This document shows positions 8,779-18,051 of a DNA stretch of 47,277 nucleotides, in pieces. This DNA comes from an uncultured Bacilli bacterium. GTDB taxonomy: Bacteria; Bacillota_I; Bacilli_A; RF39; UBA660. The notes under the pieces are model-generated. The model was not told where the DNA came from, did not search any database, and saw nothing but the letters and a program-made list of their open reading frames with translations. Numbering within the stretch: the first letter of the stretch is position 1; each line of letters opens with the position of its first letter. The stretch lies in assembly GCA_944372215.1 (NCBI GenBank), contig CALVYL010000003.1:1-47277 (forward strand). Direction: 5' to 3'. The translations under genes and the position numbers were made by a program.

Positions 8779-9813
8779 TTAATAAATTGTCATTTCATCA
8801 TTGTTTAAATCAACATTATAAGTCATCGTTGACTCTACCGAATTATTATCATAAATATCTATTGACAAAAAATTATCTTCCAATGTTACACTAAAATAAT
8901 TAGCAAAACGTTGTGCTTCTTCTTCACTAAATTCATCTATTAAAAGTTCCCCCCAACAACTAGCATCATTATTTGGATCAATATAATTTAAATAACACCT
9001 ACTGACATATAAATTATTATTTCTAATATATACTATATAATTAATGTTACCATATCTATCACTTTCTACTCGTTCTGAAATCCACAGATATTGAAAATCT
9101 TCATTAAATATTCTGTCTTTATATCCAATTTCATAAGATGTAGCATTATATAAGCCATTAGTGTTAGTTACAAAAATATCATTGTCTTCGCCGATTGTAT
9201 AAATGTCGGTATATTTTTCGGACATTAAATTGCCTTCGGTACTAAAAACTTTATATACATCATCATTTTCATTTTTAGCTTTTACATAACGACTTGTAAG
9301 TAATTCTAAAATATCATACTCAACAGGCACAGTCATTTTATTATCAACAAAATTATAATATCCTTTTTTCGATTCTTTATCTATTAAAATAGCTCCAAAT
9401 ATTACTTTAGTTTCATCATCAGTACCTAACCAATAGCGTTCAAATTCACCAGCAACTATTTTTCTTTCATAGGGATTATAAATATAATACCCACCATCAT
9501 TATTATAATTATTATCATACAATAACCACTCAGTAAAACTAGAGTCTACCCAATTACAATTATCAAATTGACAATCATAAGTATCTATAAGTGTTCGTTC
9601 ATTAAATGATGATTCATATTCGTAAGTTAAATTTTTTGTTCCATCATAACCTGTATACTCATATATTGGTAACTTTAAAGTAATTTTTTCAACCTCATCT
9701 TTATTTGCTACCCAGATTCCTAAAAAAAATGCTCCAATACACAAAGCTATACCAAATATTACTGCTACTACTACTATTATTGTTTTAGTTTTTCTAATAA
9801 ATTCTTTTTCCAT
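8779..9813 (-). CDS. Hypothetical membrane-anchored extracellular protein, possible WG-like repeats
   Basis: Single N-terminal TM; acidic Tyr/Asn-rich body with KKGYYNFVDNKMTVPVEYD-type units. Confidence 0.5.
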   Translation of the reverse strand: MEKEFIRKTKTIIVVVAVIFGIALCIGAFFLGIWVANKDEVEKITLKLPIYEYTGYDGTKNLTYEYESSFNERTLIDTYDCQFDNCNWVDSSFTEWLLYDNNYNNDGGYYIYNPYERKIVAGEFERYWLGTDDETKVIFGAILIDKESKKGYYNFVDNKMTVPVEYDILELLTSRYVKAKNENDDVYKVFSTEGNLMSEKYTDIYTIGEDNDIFVTNTNGLYNATSYEIGYKDRIFNEDFQYLWISERVESDRYGNINYIVYIRNNNLYVSRCYLNYIDPNNDASCWGELLIDEFSEEEAQRFANYFSVTLEDNFLSIDIYDNNSVESTMTYNVDLNNDEMTIY

Positions 9814-9899
9814 AAACTCTACTCCTTTTATCTTAACTACAGTTTATCATAAGTTAGAGTATTATAAAAGAAATTATATTTAATTTTTACAATTTGTTG

Positions 9900-10601
9900 T
9901 CACTCAAATAACATATTAATTATTTCACTAGCAATACGCTTATGGGCTAAATAGTTCATATAATAACTGGTTTTATCTAAGAAATATGATTCATTTAGGG
10001 AATAAGCAATTATATCTAAATATTTGGCATTATATTCTGCGGCAATTTTACTTAAAACCTGATTTATTTCTACGGCATCTTTTCTTTCAAAGTTATAGGC
10101 CGGATACAAGGAGATTATTACTATTTCTTTATCATAGAATTCGCGAATTGTCTTAAGAAGAGTTTCCATTTCTAATAAATAATCTTCAATTATTTTAGTT
10201 GATATTTCTTCATAAAGAGAAATATCGGCCAGTTCATCAATACCAATAGCTATTGTTATAACATCAGCTTTGGCTAATACTTGTTTAATGGGGAGTCTGG
10301 TAAATCTACCTAAAGTGTTATCTTCTAGATAATCATTTAATTCATGTATTCTTAAATGACTTTCTGAAAATTCATTATTAAAACTACCTAGTTTATTTTT
10401 CTTCTCTAAATATTCTTTGATATAATCATTAAAACTATTACCAGCGACATTATAAGGAGTCATACCTAGACTTAAGCCATCACCAATACTTACTAAATCA
10501 ATTTTTGATTTAACTGAGGTAGTATTTATTAGAAAAGTTATGGCTCCACCGATTAATATTATTAATAATAATTTATATCTTCTTTTTAATTTAATTTTCA
10601 T
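9900..10601 (-). CDS. SGNH/GDSL hydrolase-like membrane-anchored protein
   Basis: VSIGDGLSLG block I-like, ADVITIAIGIDEL block III-like; N-terminal TM; catalytic residues look degenerate. Confidence 0.7.
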   Translation of the reverse strand: MKIKLKRRYKLLLIILIGGAITFLINTTSVKSKIDLVSIGDGLSLGMTPYNVAGNSFNDYIKEYLEKKNKLGSFNNEFSESHLRIHELNDYLEDNTLGRFTRLPIKQVLAKADVITIAIGIDELADISLYEEISTKIIEDYLLEMETLLKTIREFYDKEIVIISLYPAYNFERKDAVEINQVLSKIAAEYNAKYLDIIAYSLNESYFLDKTSYYMNYLAHKRIASEIINMLFE

Positions 10602-10635
10602 ATTTGCCCCCATAAAAAAAGTATAATCTATTAAA

Positions 10636-11889
10636 TTATACTTCAACTATTTTTATCTTAGCACCAACAGCGGTAAGTTTTGCAATAATTCTTTCATAAC
10701 CGCGGAGAATATGTTCGGCATCATTGATAATAGTCGTGCCTTCAGCAATAAGACCGGCGGTAACTAGAGCTGCTCCAGCGCGAAGATCGGTTGCGGTAAT
10801 TTCTTCACCATGTAAAGGTGTTGGACCAGTAATTTCGGCATGTTGTCTTTCGGCTTTGATATTTGCTCCCATTTTGTTTAAATATTTGACATGTCCCATA
10901 CGGTTTTCCCAAATTGTTTCTTCAAATAGGGAAATGCCATGAGCTTGGGTAAGTAGGACTGCTATAGGTTGACCTAAGTCTGTTGGAAAACCAGGATATA
11001 CTACAGTTCTAACATTGGTTGGTTTTAAGTTATCGGTTTTATTTAAAATAATTTTATGGTTTTGTAATTTAAAATTAACTCCCATTTCTTGCAATTTATT
11101 AAGTAAAACAATATTATGTTCTGGTATCATACCTTCGATTGTGAGATTATCTCCTAGTAAGGCTCCCATAATAATGTAGGTGCCAGCTTCAATACGATCT
11201 GGTATAACTTTTATTTCTGCACCATGTAGTTCATCAACACCTTCAATAGTTATTTGTTCCGTACCAGCTCCTTTAATTTTAGCTCCCATATTATTTAATA
11301 GATCAGCAATATTACTTATTTCAGCTTCCCTAGCCGCATTCATAATGTGAGTTGTTCCTTTAGCCATCGATGCAGCAATCATTATGTTAACTGTTGCTCC
11401 AACTGATGCGAAATCAAGGAATATATCAGCTCCTTTTAATTCTTTAGCCTCAATTAAATATTTACTGTTCTTTTTAGTTATAGTTGCTCCCAAAGCTTCA
11501 AAACCTTTTAAATGCAAATCAATGGGACGAGAACCAATGTTACAACCGCCGGGAAAATACATCTCAACTTTTTTAAATCTGGCAAGTAAGGCTCCCATAA
11601 AATAATAAGATGCGCGGAGTTTATTACTTAATCTCTCAGGTATTACTTTATTTTCTAAGTTACTAGCATCAATTTCAATTGTTCCACTACCACGATGAAC
11701 TGATACATTTAATAATTTTAATATTTCAAGTAAGGCATCTTTATCAGAAATATTTGGAACATTTGATATTTTAACTGGGCCTTTAGCCATAATAGCTGCA
11801 GGAATAAGGGCAACTACACTATTTTTTGCACCTCCAATCTTAATTTTACCACTAAGTGGATGATTACCTTCAATAATGATTCTTTTCAT
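10636..11889 (-). CDS. murA: UDP-N-acetylglucosamine 1-carboxyvinyltransferase
   Basis: GAKNS, LRASYYFMGALL, PGGCNIGSRP, PGFPTD, DLRAGAAL. Confidence 0.97.
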   Translation of the reverse strand: MKRIIIEGNHPLSGKIKIGGAKNSVVALIPAAIMAKGPVKISNVPNISDKDALLEILKLLNVSVHRGSGTIEIDASNLENKVIPERLSNKLRASYYFMGALLARFKKVEMYFPGGCNIGSRPIDLHLKGFEALGATITKKNSKYLIEAKELKGADIFLDFASVGATVNIMIAASMAKGTTHIMNAAREAEISNIADLLNNMGAKIKGAGTEQITIEGVDELHGAEIKVIPDRIEAGTYIIMGALLGDNLTIEGMIPEHNIVLLNKLQEMGVNFKLQNHKIILNKTDNLKPTNVRTVVYPGFPTDLGQPIAVLLTQAHGISLFEETIWENRMGHVKYLNKMGANIKAERQHAEITGPTPLHGEEITATDLRAGAALVTAGLIAEGTTIINDAEHILRGYERIIAKLTAVGAKIKIVEV

Positions 11890-11934
11890 ACCTACCTCCT
11901 TAAAAGTTATTTATTAATTTCATTATATCACATT

Positions 11935-12468
11935 TTAATTAAAAAGGTGAAATATTCCCAAAATTAATAACAAAAATATGCCTAATATTATAGCATACTT
12001 ACCAATAAGTTTACTACTATATTTACCAATAATTATGCCTAAATAGGTAAATGCAGCACTACAAAGAGCAAAAATGATACTAGCTATATAATAATTGTTT
12101 GTTATATCATTTATACCAAGGCCAACTGAAAAAGAATCAATGCTTACACTTAAAGCAAATATAATTATTCCTATTATATTTAAATTGATTTTTGCTGTTT
12201 CATCTTTAAAATAATGAATAGCTAGATTGATACCAAGAACAATTAATACGGTACCTAAAATTATATTACTAGCTAAATCAAGTAAATTAATTAAAGTAAT
12301 ACCAATAAAATTACCTAAAAGAGGCATAAAAAAGTGAAATATTCCTACAAATAATGGCAATATTTTAATTAATTTATTTTCGGAGACTGTACCTAAAGTT
12401 AGAGACAAAGAAAAAGTATCCATTGATAAAGATATACCGATTAGTAAAATGGATACTATTTCTCTCAT
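11935..12468 (-). CDS. MntP/YtaF-family membrane protein
   Basis: Duplicated LSMDTFSL / SVSIDSFSVG motifs, about six TMs; ywlD-like position. Confidence 0.85.
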   Translation of the reverse strand: MREIVSILLIGISLSMDTFSLSLTLGTVSENKLIKILPLFVGIFHFFMPLLGNFIGITLINLLDLASNIILGTVLIVLGINLAIHYFKDETAKINLNIIGIIIFALSVSIDSFSVGLGINDITNNYYIASIIFALCSAAFTYLGIIIGKYSSKLIGKYAIILGIFLLLILGIFHLFN

Positions 12469-12496
12469 GATATCACCTAAAAAAATATATGCAAGA

Positions 12497-13003
12497 CTAG
12501 CTAAATTTATCTATGATTTCTTTAATATATGTTGTATAAGTTATTTCATCATAATTTGCCTCACTTGCTTCGAGCAAACAAAGCGGTGGAAACAATACAC
12601 ACCACCAGTTATCACCAATACCTTCCCCTAAAGTGATAACTAAAGATTCATAATTACCTTCCGCATAGTGAATTCCTTTGTAAGTCTTTTCAGGAAAATA
12701 ATTATTACCATAGTTGATATTATAAGGAATATTGTATTTGTCAATTATTGTCTCTAACTTATACATATTTTCATTAATTAATTCTTTAGTATCATCGTGA
12801 GTTTGAGAATTACTTAGAATACTGGCAAGCACTGGTTCTATTTCATTTTTTATCTCATATTTAATTTGTTGATCTTCTATATTGTTACTACTACCAATTA
12901 TTCTAAATCTAATGGCATCGCTTGGTATTAAAACCTCGCTTTCATTTTTACTTACACATACTACTAAAGTTATTAAAAATAAAATAACAATTAGTTTTTT
13001 CAA
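12497..13003 (-). CDS. spoIIR: Stage II sporulation protein R
   Basis: AIRFRIIGSSN..EDQ and YESLVITLGEGIGDNWWCVLFPPLC; follows prmC. Confidence 0.93.
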   Translation of the reverse strand: MKKLIVILFLITLVVCVSKNESEVLIPSDAIRFRIIGSSNNIEDQQIKYEIKNEIEPVLASILSNSQTHDDTKELINENMYKLETIIDKYNIPYNINYGNNYFPEKTYKGIHYAEGNYESLVITLGEGIGDNWWCVLFPPLCLLEASEANYDEITYTTYIKEIIDKFS

Positions 13004-13044
13004 TATAAATCACCTGATTAAATATTGTCTAATTGTTATTTAAT

Positions 13045-13791
13045 TTATTCATTAAAGATAAATAAATATCTAATTCTACCTGTTAAATCATATTCAAATT
13101 TAAACTGAGCAATACCCTCTTCTTTTAAAAATTTTTCTAATAACTTATCTTCATTATCCCCAATTTCAAAGGCCATAAAACCTTTTTTATTTAATTTATT
13201 TAGATTATTTTTGATTATTTTTTTATAGAAATAGATACCATCATCATCCGCAAATAAGGCAAGGTGGGGTTCATATTTTAAGACATTTTCAGCAACATAA
13301 CCATCCTTTGGAATATATGGTGGGTTAGAAATTATAACATCATACATATTTTGAAGAGGTTTAGTTATGTTACATTCATAAAAATTAATATCGACATTAT
13401 TTTTCCTAGCACTAAGTTTGGCTAAATTTAAAGCCTCTGGTGAAATATCTATAGCACTAACTACGGAATCTAATTCTTTTTTTAGAGCTATAGCAATACA
13501 ACCACTACCAGTTCCGAGATCAATAATATCTATTTTATGATTAAATCTTTTTTTGGCATAATCGATAGTTAATTTTACTAAATATTCCGTTTCGGGACGA
13601 GGTATTAGTACACTTTCGGAAACATTAATGATACTATTATAAAAATAAACATTGCCAATTAAATATTGTACTGGATAGCCAGTATTAATTTTAGCAAGAA
13701 TTTCTTCTATATTTTTAGGATACTTATTTTTTAAAAGTTCCCAATCCTTAAAACTTAAAAATTCTGGTTTATTCAAATTTTTCTCCCGCAA
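13045..13791 (-). CDS. prmC: Release factor glutamine methyltransferase
   Basis: VLIPRPETE, DLGTGSGCIA, SNPPY; follows prfA. Confidence 0.95.
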   Translation of the reverse strand: MREKNLNKPEFLSFKDWELLKNKYPKNIEEILAKINTGYPVQYLIGNVYFYNSIINVSESVLIPRPETEYLVKLTIDYAKKRFNHKIDIIDLGTGSGCIAIALKKELDSVVSAIDISPEALNLAKLSARKNNVDINFYECNITKPLQNMYDVIISNPPYIPKDGYVAENVLKYEPHLALFADDDGIYFYKKIIKNNLNKLNKKGFMAFEIGDNEDKLLEKFLKEEGIAQFKFEYDLTGRIRYLFIFNE

Positions 13792-14833
13792 GTTTAAGTT
13801 TTAAATCTTCAGTTTGTAATGCTTCAATTATTGGTTCTAAATCACCATCCATAACTTTATCCAGATTCATAACCGAAAAATTGATTCTATGGTCTGTTAC
13901 CCTATTTTGAGGATAATTATAGGTTCTTATTTTTTCAGAACGATCACCTGTACCAATTTTTGATTTTCTTTCCATACCCATTTCTTGTTCTTCTTTTTGG
14001 CGAATGGCATCGTTTATTTTAATTTTAAGTAAATTTAGAGCTCTTTCCCGATTTTGAAGTTGACTACGTTCTGTTTGACAAGTTACTACTACTCCCGTGG
14101 GAATATGAGTAAGTCTTACTGCTGAATTAGCAGTATTGACTGATTGCCCTCCCGCACCACTTGAGTGATAAACATCCATTTTAATATCGCTTTCTTTAAT
14201 ATCAATATTTGATGTTTCAACCTCTGGCATAACCAATACTGTTGCAGTTGATGTATGAATTCTACCACTGGCTTCAGTTGCTGGTACTCTTTGAACACGA
14301 TGTGATCCACTTTCATATTTAAGTTTAGAGTAGACATTATCTCCTTTAACCATAAATTCAATTTGCGAAAATCCGCCGCTGGTGCCTTCAACAGCATGGA
14401 TTACCTCGATTTTCCAACCATTGTCTTCGGCATAATAAGAATACATTCTAAAAAGGTCTCCTGCGAATATATTAGCTTCATCTCCGCCAGCTGCTCCTCT
14501 TATTTCCATGATAACATTTTTACCGTCATTTTCATCTTTTGGTACTAAAAGAATTTCAAGTTTGGCCTTTAATTCTTCTAATTCTTTGGATAATTCCGTT
14601 ATTTCACTTTGAGCCATATCTTTTAACTCAGGATCTTCCGCCATAGATTCGGCTTGTTTTAAATTATCCGCAACTTTTTGGTATTCGTGATAAGTCTTAA
14701 CTGTTTCTTCTAAATCACTTTGTTCCTTTGACAACGTCTTTAATTTATTAAAATCATTTAATATTTCAGGTTTTACCAATTCTTCACTTAATTCATTATA
14801 TCTTTTTTCTATTGCTTCTAATCTATTAAACAT
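13769..14833 (-). CDS. prfA: Peptide chain release factor 1
   Basis: HRVQRVPATE (PxT), GAGGQ, RSEKIRTYNYPQ. Confidence 0.97.
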   Translation of the reverse strand: MFNRLEAIEKRYNELSEELVKPEILNDFNKLKTLSKEQSDLEETVKTYHEYQKVADNLKQAESMAEDPELKDMAQSEITELSKELEELKAKLEILLVPKDENDGKNVIMEIRGAAGGDEANIFAGDLFRMYSYYAEDNGWKIEVIHAVEGTSGGFSQIEFMVKGDNVYSKLKYESGSHRVQRVPATEASGRIHTSTATVLVMPEVETSNIDIKESDIKMDVYHSSGAGGQSVNTANSAVRLTHIPTGVVVTCQTERSQLQNRERALNLLKIKINDAIRQKEEQEMGMERKSKIGTGDRSEKIRTYNYPQNRVTDHRINFSVMNLDKVMDGDLEPIIEALQTEDLKLKLAGEKFE

Positions 14834-14876
14834 AATTTCCTCCTTCTGTTTTTGTTAATAAACTATGGAAATTACG

Positions 14877-15329
14877 CTATAAATTACTTTCATCTTCGGC
14901 ATCATCAATTACAACAAAGTCTGATAAGTCATCATCATCTACTACATCATCAGTTTCATCGTCTTTATCGTAGAAAATATCTTCATCTTCGGCTTCGGCT
15001 TCGATTTCATTTTCTTCGGCAATTTCATCTTCAATTAAATCTTCATCATCATCTTCTTCATCTTCAATGACAATATCTAGTTTGTGTTTAGATTGTAAAT
15101 CCCAATAACCATTTTTAAGCATAATAAATTTTTTATTAATACTCATAAGTTCAAAGAAATCTACTAATCTTTCATCGACGATTTCTTCTGGTAATTCTAA
15201 AACCTCACATACTTTTTTAAATATGTCGCGTAATTTCATTTTTTTACCAGTTTCTTGTAAAACTAAGGCTGCGATATCGTCATAACCCATTAATTCTAAT
15301 TCTTCTTTTGGTATCTCACTTAATTTCAT
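14877..15329 (-). CDS. rpoE: RNA polymerase delta subunit
   Basis: HARE-HTH-like N-domain ending NGYWDL plus a long acidic tail; next to argS. Confidence 0.85.
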   Translation of the reverse strand: MKLSEIPKEELELMGYDDIAALVLQETGKKMKLRDIFKKVCEVLELPEEIVDERLVDFFELMSINKKFIMLKNGYWDLQSKHKLDIVIEDEEDDDEDLIEDEIAEENEIEAEAEDEDIFYDKDDETDDVVDDDDLSDFVVIDDAEDESNL

Positions 15330-15340
15330 AAACACTCTCC

Positions 15341-16948
15341 TTACATCTTTTCTGGTGGTATAACTCCAATTAAATCAAGAGCATTTTTAATTGTTTGCCT
15401 TACTGATTTAATTAGTAATATTCTTTCTTTAGTAACTAATTCGTCATCGGTAATTATCCTAATACGTGAATAATAATTGTGAAAAGCATTTGCTAAATCA
15501 TAAACGTAGTTAGTAATTAAATGCGGCAACTCTTTTAAAGCAGCATTTTTTACCACATCTGGAAATGCATATACTTTTTCTAAAACATTATATGAATCTT
15601 CATCATTTAATGTATCAAAATTTTGAGGTATTTCATCATAATCTTTTTCTTTTAAGATTGATGATATTCTAGCATAAGCATAACACACATAATAAACGGG
15701 ATTTTCATTTGATTTAGATTTAGCTAGATTGAGATCAAAATCCATTTGCGTATCTAAACTACTTTTAACAAAATAGTATCTGGCAGCATTAATACCAACC
15801 TCATCAATTACCTCTTTTAGAGTTACTGACTTTCCTGTTCTTTTACTCATTCTAACTACCTCGCCATTTTCAATTAAACGCACAAGTTGTAAAAGTTTTA
15901 TTTCTAACTTATCAGGATCATTACCTAAAGCTTTAATACTACTTTTAAGTCTTGCAACATAACCGTGATGATCAGTTCCAAAGATATCAATCATCTTATC
16001 AAATCCCCGATTATATTTATCTAAGTGATAGGCAATGTCTGGAACTAGATAAGTAAGTGTTTTATCCTCCTTAACTAATACATGATCAACCTCATCAAAT
16101 AGAGCGCTACATTTAAACCATAATGCTCCATCTCGTTCATAAGTATAACCATTTTTAGTCAATATGTCTATAATATTTTGCAAATTATATTTATTTCTTA
16201 TTTCTTTTTCGGATGTATAAACATCATAGTTGATACGATATTCCTTTAAAACTGCAATTATTTTAGCTAGTAATTCTTTAGTTGCGTATTCTTTATAAAA
16301 TTCAATATCTTTATCTAAAAGAGAATCTAGATATTTTGCATATAAATCATTAGCCATTGCAATTATTTCTTTGCCATGATATCCTTCTTCCGGCAATGGA
16401 TAAGTTTTACCACAAATTTCATAATATCTTGATTTTAAGGATTCACCTAAATTATTTATTTGATTACCGGCATCATTTATATAATATTCTTCCGTTACAT
16501 CAAAACCCGAAAATCGCATTATACGAGCTAAGGAATCACCATAAGCTCCACCACGAGCATTACCGGTATGAAGAATTCCGGTAGGATTGGCACTAACAAA
16601 TTCAATATTTATTTTCTTACCATTACCTATATTTGATGAACCATATTGATCTTTTTCCGTAAGAACTTTTTTAATATTTTCTATTAAATAATCTTTTTTA
16701 ACAAAAAAGTTAATAAATCCCGGAGCTTTTATTTCTATTTTTTCAATATTGGCATTAGAAATATTTTCAACTATAAGACTGGCTATTTCCAGCGGATTTT
16801 TATGTAATATCTTAGTTAATTTCATAGCAATATTTGTAGAGTAATCACCAAAATCTTTTTGTTTAGGAACATCTATTTCTACACTTATATCATCGATATC
16901 TAATTTTTTTAAACTATCATTTATGGCTTCTATAAGTATCTCTTTCAT
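15341..16948 (-). CDS. argS: Arginine--tRNA ligase
   Basis: FGDYSTN, EFVSANPTGILHTG, MSKRTG, NPVYYVCYAYARI. Confidence 0.97.
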   Translation of the reverse strand: MKEILIEAINDSLKKLDIDDISVEIDVPKQKDFGDYSTNIAMKLTKILHKNPLEIASLIVENISNANIEKIEIKAPGFINFFVKKDYLIENIKKVLTEKDQYGSSNIGNGKKINIEFVSANPTGILHTGNARGGAYGDSLARIMRFSGFDVTEEYYINDAGNQINNLGESLKSRYYEICGKTYPLPEEGYHGKEIIAMANDLYAKYLDSLLDKDIEFYKEYATKELLAKIIAVLKEYRINYDVYTSEKEIRNKYNLQNIIDILTKNGYTYERDGALWFKCSALFDEVDHVLVKEDKTLTYLVPDIAYHLDKYNRGFDKMIDIFGTDHHGYVARLKSSIKALGNDPDKLEIKLLQLVRLIENGEVVRMSKRTGKSVTLKEVIDEVGINAARYYFVKSSLDTQMDFDLNLAKSKSNENPVYYVCYAYARISSILKEKDYDEIPQNFDTLNDEDSYNVLEKVYAFPDVVKNAALKELPHLITNYVYDLANAFHNYYSRIRIITDDELVTKERILLIKSVRQTIKNALDLIGVIPPEKM

Positions 16949-16950
16949 AA

Positions 16951-17283
16951 TTATCCTTTCAATACAATTTTAATTATTTTTTCATCATCATCTAGTTTAT
17001 ATCTTAATTTAATTAACTTGGGAGTTATTGCCAATTCAGATTCAATATCCAAACTACAATGTTCTCCAGTATCGAATGTAAATGAACAAATATTTTTATT
17101 AAAATCTATTTCCATATTATAATCTTTCGCATTTCTTTTATACATTTTGTTTTTAAAATCTATAAGATTTACTACACCATCTTCTAAGAATTTTAAATAC
17201 TCATTCTCAGCATATTCACAAAAAGCATTTTCTAAATTAATTATTTCTTTATCGTTGCTTGTTAATGTCCAATCTATTTTCAA
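16951..17283 (-). CDS. Hypothetical protein, possible YwiB/DUF1934-like
   Basis: 110-aa beta-rich ORF with TTG start and GAGGTG SD, immediately upstream of argS (ywiB position). Confidence 0.5.
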   Translation of the reverse strand: MKIDWTLTSNDKEIINLENAFCEYAENEYLKFLEDGVVNLIDFKNKMYKRNAKDYNMEIDFNKNICSFTFDTGEHCSLDIESELAITPKLIKLRYKLDDDEKIIKIVLKG

Positions 17284-17400
17284 TAATAAGCACCTCGCTT
17301 TTTTTCTAAAACATTATAGCATATGCTGTTATTATCCGCAATAAAAAGTTATAAAAGTTCAATAAAAATTTAACTAAAAATAAAAATCATTTAAAACTTT

Positions 17401-17449
17401 TGTCGAACCATGTCGAACCTATTGCAAATAAAAAGATAACAGTTATAAT
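17401..17449 (+). promoter_or_regulatory. Tandem Spo0A boxes plus sigmaA-like promoter, copy 1
   Basis: TGTCGAA (17401) CCA TGTCGAA (17411); TTGCAA 17422, 16-bp spacer, TATAAT 17444. Confidence 0.7.
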
Positions 17450-17550
17450 ATATAAACGTTACCTGGATTGGTGCAACGTCGACAATTTTCTTTTCCTCCT
17501 CAAGGGGGTCAATCGATTCTTAAGAGAGTTCTTGGACTAGGAGGTTGCTT

Positions 17551-17640
17551 ATGAGTGAAAATTTATTTTTTCAACTCGTGATAATCATCGTTATTATCAT
17601 TTTTGGTAGTAACAATGACAAAGACGCCACTAGAAAGTAG
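17551..17640 (+). CDS. 29-aa hydrophobic peptide, candidate type I toxin (copy 1)
   Basis: AGGAGGT SD; MSENLFFQLVIIIVIIIFGSNNDKDATRK*. Confidence 0.75.
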   Translation: MSENLFFQLVIIIVIIIFGSNNDKDATRK

Positions 17641-17684
17641 CGTCATCCAAACAATGGCGTTACCCAATACAGGTAACACTTACA
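17612..17684 (-). ncRNA. Putative antisense (antitoxin) RNA, copy 1; ends approximate
   Basis: Minus-strand TTGTAA (17718-13), 17-bp spacer, TGcTATATT; hairpin GACGCTACT-TTCT-AGTGGCGTC followed by TTTGT. Confidence 0.5.
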
Positions 17685-17765
17685 TTTATAATATAGCAAA
17701 TTTTACATTTTATTACAACATAAAACTAGTGTTTTGCTTATAATTTAACAAATTTTTAAAACTTT

Positions 17766-17814
17766 TGTCGAACCTTGTCGAAACTATTGCCAATAAAAAG
17801 ATAACGGTTATAAT
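17766..17814 (+). promoter_or_regulatory. Tandem Spo0A boxes plus sigmaA-like promoter, copy 2
   Basis: TGTCGAA (17766) CCT TGTCGAA (17776); TTGCCA 17787, 16-bp spacer, TATAAT 17809. Confidence 0.7.
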
Positions 17815-17917
17815 AGATAAACGTTACCTATATTGGTGCAGCGCCGACAGCTTTTTAGCCAAAGGCTCGAAGGGGGTCTGATGATTCTTAAGAGAGTTCT
17901 AGGTTAAGGAGGTGCTT

Positions 17918-18007
17918 ATGAGTGAAAAATTATTTTTTCAACTCGTGATAATCATTGTTATTATCATTTTTGGTAGTAACAATGACAAAGACGCCACTAG
18001 AAAGTAG
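17918..18007 (+). CDS. 29-aa hydrophobic peptide, candidate type I toxin (copy 2)
   Basis: TAAGGAGGTG SD; MSEKLFFQLVIIIVIIIFGSNNDKDATRK*. Confidence 0.75.
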   Translation: MSEKLFFQLVIIIVIIIFGSNNDKDATRK

Positions 18008-18051
18008 CGCCTAAAAAAACCAGGCGTTACCCAATACGGGTAACACTTACA
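17979..18051 (-). ncRNA. Putative antisense (antitoxin) RNA, copy 2; ends approximate
   Basis: Minus-strand TTGTAA (18085-80), 17-bp spacer, TGgTATATT; boxes conserved while the spacer diverges from copy 1. Confidence 0.5.

Larger units (their letters stand above)
17390..17719. repeat. Tandem ~365-bp locus, copy 1 (small peptide plus antisense RNA module)
   Basis: Colinear similarity to 17755-18086 with near-identical promoter, ORF and 3' blocks. Confidence 0.92.

Noticed and set aside
11530-11560. Fosfomycin-resistant MurA
   Set aside because: The active-site Cys is present (PGGCNIG)
17457-17680. 6S RNA (long closing stem, two copies)
   Set aside because: It contains a conserved ORF with a strong SD and an antisense promoter, and I could not see the continuous rod with a central bubble; an Infernal search is needed to exclude it fully
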